This document shows, in pieces, positions 16,055 through 25,428 of a stretch of 32,000 nt of DNA; position 1 is the stretch's first letter; every line of letters begins with the position of its first letter. Origin of the DNA: Desulfocapsa sulfexigens DSM 10523. Lineage in GTDB: Bacteria; Desulfobacterota; Desulfobulbia; Desulfobulbales; Desulfocapsaceae. Below the pieces are notes generated by a model. It was not told where the DNA came from and made no database searches. It saw nothing but the letters and a program-made list of their open reading frames with translations. Location: assembly GCF_000341395.1 (NCBI RefSeq), contig NC_020304.1:390001-422000 (forward strand), read 5' to 3'. The translations under genes and the position numbers were made by a program.

Positions 16055-17398
16055 ATGGAACTCTTAAAAGAACGAGAAGAACAGATTCATCGAACAGGTG
16101 AACAACCTTTCACTCTGACATGTAATAAAGACTCTCTGGCTGGAGCTGTGAGTCAACGGGCCTGTGTGTTCTGTGGCTCACGGGTGGTGCTTTATCCCAT
16201 CGCCGATGCCCTGCATCTGGTTCACGGTCCAATCGGCTGTGCTGTTTATACCTGGGACATCCGGGGAGCGCTGTCTTCGGGTCCCGAACTGCATCGTCTT
16301 TCATTTTCAACGGATCTTCAGGAAATAGATGTCATCTTCGGAGGCGAAAAGAAACTGACAAACGCCCTCTTTGAACTCATCGAACGCCATAGTCCCAAGG
16401 CCGCTTTTGTCTATTCCACCTGTATTGTTGGAATCATTGGCGATGATCTCGAAGCTGTGTGCAGAAATGTGCAAAAAGAGGTGAACATCCCGGTAATCCC
16501 TGTGAAATCAGAAGGCTTCAAGGGAAACAAACGTGCAGGCTACACCGCTGCCTGCAATGCCATGGCTCGTCTTATCGGTACCGGCGATACCACGGGAATA
16601 TCTCCCTACTCCATTAATATTCTGGGTGATTTCAATCTGGCGGGTGAGATCTGGATGATCCGTGAATATTTCGAACGTATAGGGGTTGAGGTGGTGGCCA
16701 ATATCACCGGAGATGGACGAATAGCGGATATTCAGCGTGCCCATGGTGCCGCCCTCAATGTTGTGCAGTGTTCCGGATCAACTATGGATCTGGCCAAAGT
16801 GATGGAGGATGAATATGGGATTCCTTCCATGCGGGTATCCTATTTCGGTGTCGAAGATATGGCCCAGGCCCTCTATGACGTGGCCGGACATTTCAACAAC
16901 CCGGAAATCATGGCGAAAACACAAGCGCTTGTAAAAGAAGAACTGCAGGAACTGCTGCCAAAACTTGAGTTTTACAAAAAAGCATTGACCGGCAAAAAAG
17001 CAGCTATCTATGTGGGTGGCTCTTTCAAGGCTTTTTCTCTGGTCAAGGCTTTTCGTCTGCTGGGTATGGATGTGGTCATGGTGGGCAGCCAGACAGGTAC
17101 CGAACAGGAGTATCGTGAACTCGCCGAAATCACTGACCCTGGCACCATCATTGTTGACGACACCAACCCCCTTGAACTTACCAGTTTTCTAGAAGAAAAA
17201 ACTGTGGATATCTTCGTCGGCGGAGTCAAGGAACGCCCCATTGCCTACAAACTCGGCGTTGGTTTTTGTGATCATAACCACGAACGTAAAGAGGCCCTGG
17301 CTGGATTTGTCGGGATGCTCAATTTTGCCGAAGAAGTGTACTCCTCTGTGATGAGTCCGGTCTGGCGCTTCACCTACCAGAAAGCAGAGAAAAAATAA
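16055..17398 (+). CDS. nifE: nitrogenase iron-molybdenum cofactor scaffold NifE
   Basis: 'RACVFCGSRVVLYPIADALHLVHGPIGCAVYTWDIRG', 'FSTDLQEIDVIFGGEKKL', 'NILGDFNLAGEIWMI'; followed by nifN. Confidence 0.95.
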   Translation: MELLKEREEQIHRTGEQPFTLTCNKDSLAGAVSQRACVFCGSRVVLYPIADALHLVHGPIGCAVYTWDIRGALSSGPELHRLSFSTDLQEIDVIFGGEKKLTNALFELIERHSPKAAFVYSTCIVGIIGDDLEAVCRNVQKEVNIPVIPVKSEGFKGNKRAGYTAACNAMARLIGTGDTTGISPYSINILGDFNLAGEIWMIREYFERIGVEVVANITGDGRIADIQRAHGAALNVVQCSGSTMDLAKVMEDEYGIPSMRVSYFGVEDMAQALYDVAGHFNNPEIMAKTQALVKEELQELLPKLEFYKKALTGKKAAIYVGGSFKAFSLVKAFRLLGMDVVMVGSQTGTEQEYRELAEITDPGTIIVDDTNPLELTSFLEEKTVDIFVGGVKERPIAYKLGVGFCDHNHERKEALAGFVGMLNFAEEVYSSVMSPVWRFTYQKAEKK

Positions 17399-17451
17399 CA
17401 CTGAGCAGGAAAGCACTGTCTCATTAAACAGTTGTATAAATGAGGGACATT

Positions 17452-18813
17452 ATGTCTAAAAATCCTCCCAATTACATTTCAACCACCAATGCCTGTAAAC
17501 TTTGCACTCCTTTAGGCGCAGCAATTGCCTTTAAAGGGATTGAAGGTGCGGTTCCCTACCTCCATGGTTCCCAGGGCTGTGCCACCTATATGCGGCGCTA
17601 TATCATCAGCCATTTTAACGAGCCCATCGATATTGCTTCGTCTTCACTTTCGGAAAAGCATGCAGTCTATGGCGGAGGTGCTAACCTCAAGCTTGGTTTG
17701 ATAAATGTCACAAAAAAATATCGTCCCCAGCTTATCGGAATTGCCACCACCTGTCTCACCGAGACCATAGGCGACGATGTAAAGATGTTTCTCAACCAGT
17801 ATGAGCAGGAAGTGAAAGGTGAAAAACCGACCATGGTTGAAGTGGGTACTCCGAGTTACAACGGCACTCACATGGAAGGCTTTCATAATGCTGTGGCTTC
17901 TGTGGTCGACGCGCTTGCTGGGAAAAAAGACGGCGGAGCCGAAGGAACTCCAGTGAATATTTTACCAGGATTTGTCTCTCCTGCGGATATCCGTTACCTG
18001 AAGGAAATCACAGAAGATTTTTCCCTTAACCCCACGATTTTGCCGGACATCTCGGACACCATGGATGGCCAGGCCGCCAAGACCTACGAAAAGATACAAC
18101 CAGGTGGAACTCCGATTTCAGCCATAGCTACCATGGGCAATGCCCTGGCCAGCGTGGAATTTGGTCACACCATGAGCGAGAAGAGCGGTGGTGCTATTCT
18201 TGCTGAAAAGTTTGCTGTGGAAAATATCAGAATATCTCAGCCCGTGGGGATTCGTGCTTCGGATCGTTTTTTTGATCACCTGGTAAAACTCTCCGGTTTG
18301 CCAATTCCTGAGAAACATCGGGCAGAGCGTGGTCGTCTAGTGGATTCCTATGTAGATGGGCACAAATATATCTACGGTAAGAAAGCCATAGTTTACGGAG
18401 AAGAAGACATGGTCGTCGGGCTTACAGCCTTTCTGGCCGAGATAGGCGTAATTCCCATACTTTGTGCCTCTGGTGGAAAGAGCAGGAAATTTGCCGAGAA
18501 AATCGCTGAAGCCACCGGGGATCTGCTGCCCGAACAGCCCCAGGTCCATGAAGGCATGGACTTCTATGACATCAGTGAGCTTGCCGAAAGCTTAGAGCCT
18601 GATCTTCTGGTGGGACATTCCAAGGGATATCCTCTGGCCCAGAAACTTTCCATACCACTTATAAGGGTGGGTTTTCCAATCCACGATCGCATGGGCGGGC
18701 AACGTATCCTTCACCTCGGTTACCGGGGGGCACAACAACTGTTCGATCTGATAGTGAACGCCTGCATTGCTAAAAAACAGAGCGATTCACCGATCGGTTA
18801 TTCGTACATGTGA
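17452..18813 (+). CDS. nifN: nitrogenase iron-molybdenum cofactor scaffold NifN (start probably ATG 17452)
   Basis: 'TTNACKLCTPLGAAIAFKGIEGAVPYLHGSQGCATYMRRYIISHFNEPIDIASSSL', 'TTCLTETIGDDV'; follows nifE. Confidence 0.95.
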   Translation: MSKNPPNYISTTNACKLCTPLGAAIAFKGIEGAVPYLHGSQGCATYMRRYIISHFNEPIDIASSSLSEKHAVYGGGANLKLGLINVTKKYRPQLIGIATTCLTETIGDDVKMFLNQYEQEVKGEKPTMVEVGTPSYNGTHMEGFHNAVASVVDALAGKKDGGAEGTPVNILPGFVSPADIRYLKEITEDFSLNPTILPDISDTMDGQAAKTYEKIQPGGTPISAIATMGNALASVEFGHTMSEKSGGAILAEKFAVENIRISQPVGIRASDRFFDHLVKLSGLPIPEKHRAERGRLVDSYVDGHKYIYGKKAIVYGEEDMVVGLTAFLAEIGVIPILCASGGKSRKFAEKIAEATGDLLPEQPQVHEGMDFYDISELAESLEPDLLVGHSKGYPLAQKLSIPLIRVGFPIHDRMGGQRILHLGYRGAQQLFDLIVNACIAKKQSDSPIGYSYM

Positions 18814-18881
18814 CTTTAATGGCTGGAGGCCTGAGCCCTGCAGTCATAGAGATATTAGTAGTTATAAAAAAGGAGATTCAA

Positions 18882-20165
18882 ATGAAGACAACCGCTTCCA
18901 CCCCTGATTATTCCCGCCATCCATGCTTTAATGCTGAGGTCAAAGGAAAATTTGGCCGAGTGCATCTTCCCGTGGCACCAAAGTGCAATATTCAGTGTAA
19001 TTATTGTAACCGCAAGTATGACTGTGTAAACGAATCCCGGCCAGGTGTCACTTCCACCATTCTGTCACCGGAACAGGCTCTTGTCTACATGGATAAGGTC
19101 CTGACTGCTGAACCCCGCATCAGTGTCGCAGGTATTGCAGGTCCCGGCGATCCATTTGCCAATGCCAATGAGACCCTTGGCACCATGCAGCTTTTACGGA
19201 GACACTATCCGGATCTCATCCTCTGCCTCTCCAGCAATGGTTTGGGTTTGACTCCTCATGTGGATGAGGTTGCCGATATCGGTGTTTCCCATGTCACCGT
19301 GACAGTGAATGGCATCGATCCGGAAGTGACAAAGAATATATACAGCTTTGTCCGCGATGGGAAAATCATCTATCGCGGCTTGCAAGCTGCTGAACTTCTT
19401 CTAGCCAGACAGATGGCAGCTATTGAAAAGCTGAAATCCCGCGGTGTAACCGTAAAAATCAATTTTATCACCATTCCCGGAATCAATGATCATCACGCTG
19501 AAGCCACAGCAGAAACCATGGCAAAAATGGGGGTAGATCTTTTTAACTGCATGGCCATGCTCCCCAATGCAGATACACCTTTTGCAGATGTGGTGGAACC
19601 AACCAAGGCCACTATGAATGCACTGAGGAACGGCTGTGAGAGACATCTTCCTCAGATGCGCCACTGTAAGCGGTGCCGTGCTGATGCTGTTGGTTTACTT
19701 GGGAATGACAGATCAGGTGAAATGGCTGGCTGCCTCAATGCCTGTGCCACCATGCCCGCCACTCCTCCAAAGGTACGACCTTACGTCGCAGTGGCCAGCA
19801 TGGAAGGAATGCTTGTCAATCAGCACCTCGGTGAAACAACCAAGTTTCTTATCTATGGAAAAGAAGATAACGGCTATACACTCGTCGAGGAACGCAAGGC
19901 TCCACCCGTTGGTGGAGGGATTGGGCGCTGGGAGGCACTTACCAGATTACTCTATGATTGTCGGGCCGTTATTGTCAGTGACATGGGAGAATCTCCCAGG
20001 GAAGTCTTTAAGAGGGCTGGCATCGATCCTATTACCATGTCCGGTTTTATTGAAGCGGGACTGGAGGCTGTTTATACGGGAAAAAATTTAGCTCCCTTGA
20101 AAAGAAGGGCCAAGAAAAGTTGTGGCAGCGGTGCTTGTCTAGGTACTGGCACCGGCTGTGGTTGA
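18882..20165 (+). CDS. nifB: NifB radical SAM FeMo-cofactor core synthase with C-terminal NifX-like domain (start ATG 18882)
   Basis: 'RVHLPVAPKCNIQCNYCNRKYDCVNESRPGVTS' (CxxxCxxC), 'GIAGPGDPFAN', 'CKRCRADAVGLLG'; C-terminal 'VRPYVAVASMEGMLVNQHLGETTKFLIYGKED'; RBS aaaggag. Confidence 0.98.
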   Translation: MKTTASTPDYSRHPCFNAEVKGKFGRVHLPVAPKCNIQCNYCNRKYDCVNESRPGVTSTILSPEQALVYMDKVLTAEPRISVAGIAGPGDPFANANETLGTMQLLRRHYPDLILCLSSNGLGLTPHVDEVADIGVSHVTVTVNGIDPEVTKNIYSFVRDGKIIYRGLQAAELLLARQMAAIEKLKSRGVTVKINFITIPGINDHHAEATAETMAKMGVDLFNCMAMLPNADTPFADVVEPTKATMNALRNGCERHLPQMRHCKRCRADAVGLLGNDRSGEMAGCLNACATMPATPPKVRPYVAVASMEGMLVNQHLGETTKFLIYGKEDNGYTLVEERKAPPVGGGIGRWEALTRLLYDCRAVIVSDMGESPREVFKRAGIDPITMSGFIEAGLEAVYTGKNLAPLKRRAKKSCGSGACLGTGTGCG

Positions 20166-20184
20166 GTACCATTTGTATCGGACT

Positions 20185-20232
20185 AAAGAACATGAGGGGA
20201 GAGGGCTGACCACTCTCCTCAGTTCTTTTTTT
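20185..20232 (+). terminator. probable terminator after nifENB
   Basis: AAAGAAC-a-TGAGGGGAGAG-ggctgacca-CTCTCCTCA-GTTCTTTTTTT imperfect hairpin with T-run. Confidence 0.75.
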
Positions 20233-20234
20233 AA

Positions 20235-20267
20235 CCTGATTACCATCGAAACTCAGCTTTGCAACCC
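20235..20267. repeat. 33-bp perfect direct repeat, copy 2
   Basis: cctgattaccatcgaaactcagctttgcaaccc, identical to 12289-12321. Confidence 0.95.
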
Positions 20268-20410
20268 GAAACAACTCCTCCTCAGGCGGTTAGGCTGAGG
20301 ATCAGTGGTAATCAGGTTTTTTAATGTTGCCTCATGTACGATTACCCGGAAAAAGAGGAAACAAAAGCTTACATTTCTCCCCCCCAAAAGAACTGCATAA
20401 AACCTGGATT

Positions 20411-20974
20411 CTACGCCAGTAGCGTATGCTCCAGCAGTATTTTACACCCAATAGTAATCAGGACAAGACCGCCTGCCAGCTCAACCTTCTCTTCAAAGAT
20501 ATGTCCCAGAGATGCTCCAATGTGGGCTCCCGCCAGGGAAAAAAGAAAGGTAACACATCCGATGATAAGTATCGGTTCAACGATGGCAATATCAAGAAAG
20601 GAAAATGTAAAGCCGACCACCAGGGCATCAATACTTGTTGCGATTGACAACGAAACAAGAATATAGAGTTTAAGAGGATTGGCCGTATTCTCCCCTTCTT
20701 TCAGAATGCGGGACTCATAAATCATCTTTCCTCCAATGAGGCACAGAAGAACGAAGGCAATCCAGTGATCCAGGGCGCGAAAGCTGTCATTGGCAATACT
20801 GCCAATGCTCCAGCCAACCAGTGGCATAAGCGCCTGAAAAAAGCTGAAAAAAAGAGCGATGCGCATGGCGTGGTGAAATCGCATCTTGTCAATTATCGCG
20901 CCACTGCTGACCGACACTGCAAAGGAATCAGCAGCAAGTCCTGCTGCAATAAAAACAATCTCAGCCAGATTCAT
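20411..20974 (-). CDS. mntP: manganese efflux pump MntP family
   Basis: 'GLAADSFAVSVSSGAII', 'RIALFFSFFQALMPLVGWSIGS', 'SIATSIDALVVGFTF' duplicated MntP repeats. Confidence 0.9.
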   Translation of the reverse strand: MNLAEIVFIAAGLAADSFAVSVSSGAIIDKMRFHHAMRIALFFSFFQALMPLVGWSIGSIANDSFRALDHWIAFVLLCLIGGKMIYESRILKEGENTANPLKLYILVSLSIATSIDALVVGFTFSFLDIAIVEPILIIGCVTFLFSLAGAHIGASLGHIFEEKVELAGGLVLITIGCKILLEHTLLA

Positions 20975-21018
20975 ATCTTCCTATCCCACATTTCTAATAG
21001 GCCAATGAGAAAAATATT

Positions 21019-21465
21019 TCACCCCAAACTCCCGACGGTAACGGCAGCAATAAAGGCATAACGGGCAAACTTTCCAATAAAGACGAGTACTGCAAAGAGA
21101 AAGAAGTTACATCGCAGGGAACCGGCGACCAGACAGAGTGGATCACCAATTATCGGAACCCAGGAGAGCAGGAGTGCCCAGGAACCATACCTGCGAAAGA
21201 ACGCAGCAGCCCTTTCAGTCTGCTCCATATTCACCCGTAGAACCTTCTGCAGCAAGAAAGCCGAACCCCATATACCGACCCCATAGGTAGTACAAGCCCC
21301 GAGGAAATTTCCTACCGTGGCAACCGTCACCGCACTGCCCGGATCAAAAAGCTTGAGGATCAGAGCAACCAGCAGCCACTCGGAGCCCAGGGGCAGAACC
21401 GTGGCAGCAAGAAAACTCAGGACAAAAAGGGCCGGAAGGCCATTATTAAGGAGAAACAATTCCAT
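21019..21465 (-). CDS. DedA/YqaA-like small membrane protein
   Basis: 'LPLGSEWLLVALIL', 'GNFLGACTTYGVGIWG', 'RYGSWALLLSWVPIIGDPLCLVAGSLR' resembles YqaA. Confidence 0.8.
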   Translation of the reverse strand: MELFLLNNGLPALFVLSFLAATVLPLGSEWLLVALILKLFDPGSAVTVATVGNFLGACTTYGVGIWGSAFLLQKVLRVNMEQTERAAAFFRRYGSWALLLSWVPIIGDPLCLVAGSLRCNFFLFAVLVFIGKFARYAFIAAVTVGSLG

Positions 21466-21479
21466 TTCAGCCCCTTCTC

Positions 21480-22190
21480 TTACTTCTTCGCCTGCTGTGA
21501 CAGTTCCCCAATGGCCTGTTTCACAAAGGGATATACTGTTTCTGCAATTATTGCATGTCCCTTCTCATTGGGATGAATGGTGTCAGCCTGATTGAGAGCA
21601 GCTTCACCGGCAACCTGCTGCAGGAAAAAGGGTATCAGGAGACACCCCTGTTCATGAGCAACGGATGGATAGATCTCAGCAAACTCTCTGGTATAGTCCG
21701 CACCAAGGTTCTGAACGATCTGCATGCCGGCAAGCAGTACGGTAATATCAGCTTCCTGGAGGATCTGCACGGCCTTACTGATATTCTGCCGCACCACAAC
21801 GGGAGGAATACCTCGAAAGCCGTCATTGGCACCCGTTTCCAAAATAACAATTTCAGGTTTCTGAGCGACGATCCATTGCATCCGCGAGAGGGCACCGCTG
21901 CTTGTCTCACCACTGATCCCTGCATTGATCACCTGCCAGTGATATCCACCCCTGTGAAGTTTTTTCTCCATGATAGCAGGCCATGCATCCTCTTCCATCA
22001 CCCCCAGTCCTGCTGTAAGACTGTCACCAACAGCAATGATAGTGCCCTTATAGCGGACAACAACAGCTGGCTTCCCGGTGTCCGTTGGATTTTCCTGCTG
22101 ATCGCAACCAAGGAGGAGAAAAACACAAAACAGCCAGAAAATCATTCCGAAAATATTCCCGGCTTTGTACTTTAGTCTTATTTTCTTCAT
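21480..22190 (-). CDS. SGNH-hydrolase / arylesterase (TesA-like), lipoprotein signal
   Basis: 'IIAVGDSLTAGLGVMEEDAWPAIMEKKL', 'VINAGISGETSSGALSR', 'VILETGANDGFRG', 'DTIHPNEKGHAIIAETVYP'; 'FLLLGCDQ' lipobox. Confidence 0.92.
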   Translation of the reverse strand: MKKIRLKYKAGNIFGMIFWLFCVFLLLGCDQQENPTDTGKPAVVVRYKGTIIAVGDSLTAGLGVMEEDAWPAIMEKKLHRGGYHWQVINAGISGETSSGALSRMQWIVAQKPEIVILETGANDGFRGIPPVVVRQNISKAVQILQEADITVLLAGMQIVQNLGADYTREFAEIYPSVAHEQGCLLIPFFLQQVAGEAALNQADTIHPNEKGHAIIAETVYPFVKQAIGELSQQAKK

Positions 22191-22193
22191 CGC

Positions 22194-24725
22194 TTACTCT
22201 TCCTTCTCGTCTCGAAGATAGGCAATCGGTTTCTGCTGTATAATTGAAACAGAGGCTCCAAGACCCACCGCAATAACCAGCACAAGGGTCGCTGTAATCA
22301 TAAACAGGGTGCTGCCTGGTAAGAACTGGTAGCTAATGTCAAGAACCCGGCGGCAGATAAACCAGCTACCGACATGAGAAATCAGAGCTGCAAGCAGGGC
22401 ACTTAGCAGTGCAATAATCAGATTTTCATAGCTGAACACCCTGAGGACAAAGGATCCCTTCGCACCTAGAATCTTAAAATAAACAGCCTCACGAATCCTG
22501 GTGAGACGGGTTGCGAAAATGGAGCTTATAAGGATCAGTACTCCGGCAACAATTGAAAATGAAGTAAAAAACTGAATAATAGATGACATTTTATGCATTA
22601 TTCCACCAAGAAGTTTCACCGTGGAGCCAATATCAATAACGCTGATATTGGGTAATCTGCCAGCAAGGGTATTCTGCAACGTGCTCAGCACATCCTGCTC
22701 TATTCTGACAGCAGAGAAGATGGTCTGGGGAGCATCCTTAAGAGATCCGTCCGGAAAGACAAAGTAGAAAAATGGTCGCACCTTTGACTCGGTTCGAGTC
22801 CGCATACTTGTAACCCGCGCTTTCAAAGGAATACCCTGCACCCTGAAATGCAGCAGATCGCCAATCCGAATATTTCCATTCCTGGCAACGGTATCCAGCA
22901 CAGAAACGGGCAACTCTCCACGTGCCGACAGTTCATTCACTGCAGTACCAAAAAGGCTTTTCCCCTCAAACAGCTGCTCGTCCTGAAGGAGTACGTTACG
23001 ATAGGTGAGATTAAATTCACGACTCATGCTGTCCCCCCGTTTTCGTTCCCTGTCCTTCTCTCTATTGATGGCCTGATCATTGATGGCAGCAAGCCTGGCC
23101 CTGATGATCGGAAAATACTCTGCCTCTCTTCCAAGGATTTCAGCAAACTCGTTTTTCTGCTCTGACTGGATATCCAGAAAATAAGCATTGGGCAGATCAG
23201 CAGGATAAGAATCTATAAATGTGGCCCTGAGATTCTGATCGATCAGGTATATGGAAAAGATAACGGCAAGCGAAGTACTGAGGGTAACAACAAGGGCCCG
23301 GGTTGCGTTGTTTGGTCTGAACAAACCGCGCAGGGCCTGGCGGAGTGACAGCGATCGCGGTCTGCTCTTCTTCATACAAAAGAGCAGACCCTGTGTAAAG
23401 AGAGATGCCAGGCCAATAAGGATACAGATCCCCATGATGAAATACAAACCGATCTTCACCTCCTCAAGCTGCCAGATAACCAGCCCTGCAAAGAAGACAA
23501 CAATCAATGCGATTATGCTGTAGTGAAGGATTCCACGCCCTCCCCTGTCAATCTCCCTGCGAAAGATATAGGCAGGTTTTAAATTTCTGAGACGCAGCAG
23601 GGGAAGAAGGGAAAACAGGGTCACAACAACCATCCCGAGGGCAAGGCCCTCAAGGACAGCACTCCAGGAAATCGTCAGACTGACGCTGGCCGGCAGTATG
23701 CCTCCAAAGAGAATGGGGAAGTAAAGTTGCAGCAGGGAGCTCAGGGTAAGGCCCACAAGCGTCCCCGCTGTGCCGAGCAGCATAACCATGGCCGTAAAGT
23801 GGCTGATAATAAAGCGGTTTGTTGCACCAACTGACTTCATTATTGCAATGGTATACTCACTGTCACGAAACACTGCATACAGTGATGTCTGGATACCTAT
23901 ACCGGCCAACACCAAAGTAAAGAGGCCGACAAGGTTGAGGAAGAAGAGGAGGTTGCTGAAAAAACGCTTAATTCGTGAATTATCGGTCTTGAAGGTTGTA
24001 ACGCTTTCCTGGGGAACAAGCGCTTTTTCTGTAAATTCCCCAACAAGCTTCTCAACCCGAGCAGCATCAGCCACTTTCAGCAGATACTTGAACTGTATTC
24101 TGCTGCCTTTTTTGATAAGATCAAGCTTTTCCAGGTCGGCAGCGGCTATAAAGATCCGCGGTCCAAAGGAAAAAAAAGAAACCGGTCGGTCCGGCTCATG
24201 GGTGATCACATCAGCAATCTTGAGCGTGGCGGAACCTATCTGGAGACTCTCTCCGATTTCCACCTGGAGACGATCCAGGAGCAGCTGTTCGACGATGATT
24301 AATCCTTCACGGAGCACCGTTGAAAACTCCCGCCCCGAGAGCAGTTCCACCCTGCCATAAAAGGGGTATCCCTTTTCAACCACCTTCAGGCCACTGAGAA
24401 CAGATTTTTCTGATCGTTGACTGCTGGCCATACTGTAAAAGGTGTTCACCAGGGCAGCCTGCAGAACTCCCTGTTCCTCATAGTCGTCTACAGCATCAAG
24501 CAGTACTTTGGAAAGGGGATAATGGGACTCCAGCCTGATATCAGCCCCATGGAGTTGCCGGGCATCGTTGAGCATCGAGCGACGGACACTGCCACTGAAT
24601 CCTCCCAGCGAAGTCAGGATTAACAGGGACAGAGCAACACAGGCCACAAAGATAAGGGACTGTTTGCGAGAACTATTAATCTGCCTGAGAATGAAACGAA
24701 GATGCAGCATCAGCTCAGTCTTCAT
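22194..24725 (-). CDS. ABC transporter permease (FtsX/YbbP family)
   Basis: 843 aa with N-terminal FtsX/MacB-type periplasmic domain and multiple TM stretches; sits between tesA-like and ATPase genes as in tesA-ybbA-ybbP arrangements. Confidence 0.9.
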   Translation of the reverse strand: MKTELMLHLRFILRQINSSRKQSLIFVACVALSLLILTSLGGFSGSVRRSMLNDARQLHGADIRLESHYPLSKVLLDAVDDYEEQGVLQAALVNTFYSMASSQRSEKSVLSGLKVVEKGYPFYGRVELLSGREFSTVLREGLIIVEQLLLDRLQVEIGESLQIGSATLKIADVITHEPDRPVSFFSFGPRIFIAAADLEKLDLIKKGSRIQFKYLLKVADAARVEKLVGEFTEKALVPQESVTTFKTDNSRIKRFFSNLLFFLNLVGLFTLVLAGIGIQTSLYAVFRDSEYTIAIMKSVGATNRFIISHFTAMVMLLGTAGTLVGLTLSSLLQLYFPILFGGILPASVSLTISWSAVLEGLALGMVVVTLFSLLPLLRLRNLKPAYIFRREIDRGGRGILHYSIIALIVVFFAGLVIWQLEEVKIGLYFIMGICILIGLASLFTQGLLFCMKKSRPRSLSLRQALRGLFRPNNATRALVVTLSTSLAVIFSIYLIDQNLRATFIDSYPADLPNAYFLDIQSEQKNEFAEILGREAEYFPIIRARLAAINDQAINREKDRERKRGDSMSREFNLTYRNVLLQDEQLFEGKSLFGTAVNELSARGELPVSVLDTVARNGNIRIGDLLHFRVQGIPLKARVTSMRTRTESKVRPFFYFVFPDGSLKDAPQTIFSAVRIEQDVLSTLQNTLAGRLPNISVIDIGSTVKLLGGIMHKMSSIIQFFTSFSIVAGVLILISSIFATRLTRIREAVYFKILGAKGSFVLRVFSYENLIIALLSALLAALISHVGSWFICRRVLDISYQFLPGSTLFMITATLVLVIAVGLGASVSIIQQKPIAYLRDEKEE

Positions 24726-25428
24726 CCTCTTGAGAGTGGATCATCCTGCCATCTAGCAGCCGAAAGACATGATCCGCCTGGCGGCTTATCTCGCTACTGT
24801 GGGTAGCCAGCACCAGTGTCGTTTTGAACTCCCGGCGCAGTTCGAGCAGGAGTTCCATAATGTTTTTGCCATTTGCCGAATCCAGATTCCCGGTGGGTTC
24901 GTCGGCAAAGACGATCTGCGGCTTGTTGATCAAAGCCCGGCAGATAGCAATCCGCTGCTTTTCTCCTCCGGAAAGCTGGTGGGGGAAATTATTCTTTCTC
25001 TGGCTCAGTCCCACCCTATGCAGTAACTCTTCTGCCTTCTGAACAGCCTGCGGATCCCGGTTTAATTCGGCGGGGAAGGCAATATTCTCTATGGCAGTGA
25101 GGGAAGGAACAAGGTGGAAAGACTGGAAGACATAACCGATTGTCCGGTTCCGAAAGGGAGCAAGTGCATCCTCACTTAAATTGGTAATGTCGGTTCCCGA
25201 AAGACCTATTGTCCCCGAATCCGGTCTGTCCAGTCCTGAAAGAAGACTCAACAGCGTTGATTTCCCGCTGCCGCTTTTTCCTTCAACAACGACAAAACCG
25301 CCGATTTGAACGGTAAGGCTGACATCATCAAGGACAAGAATTTTCCTGGAGCCAACAATGTAGGACTTACACAGATGAAAAGCTTCGAGCCCTTTACTGG
25401 ACATAGTATTTTTCCCATTCCAATTCAT
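24715..25428 (-). CDS. ABC transporter ATP-binding protein (YbbA/LolD-like)
   Basis: 'VVVEGKSGSGKSTLLSLLSGLDRPDSG', 'LSGGEKQRIAICRALINKPQIVFADEPTGNLD'. Confidence 0.95.
   Translation of the reverse strand: MNWNGKNTMSSKGLEAFHLCKSYIVGSRKILVLDDVSLTVQIGGFVVVEGKSGSGKSTLLSLLSGLDRPDSGTIGLSGTDITNLSEDALAPFRNRTIGYVFQSFHLVPSLTAIENIAFPAELNRDPQAVQKAEELLHRVGLSQRKNNFPHQLSGGEKQRIAICRALINKPQIVFADEPTGNLDSANGKNIMELLLELRREFKTTLVLATHSSEISRQADHVFRLLDGRMIHSQEDED

Noticed and set aside
20975-21018. yybP-ykoY manganese riboswitch before mntP
   Set aside because: Only 44 bp separate mntP from the upstream gene, too short for the riboswitch, and no matching motif was seen.
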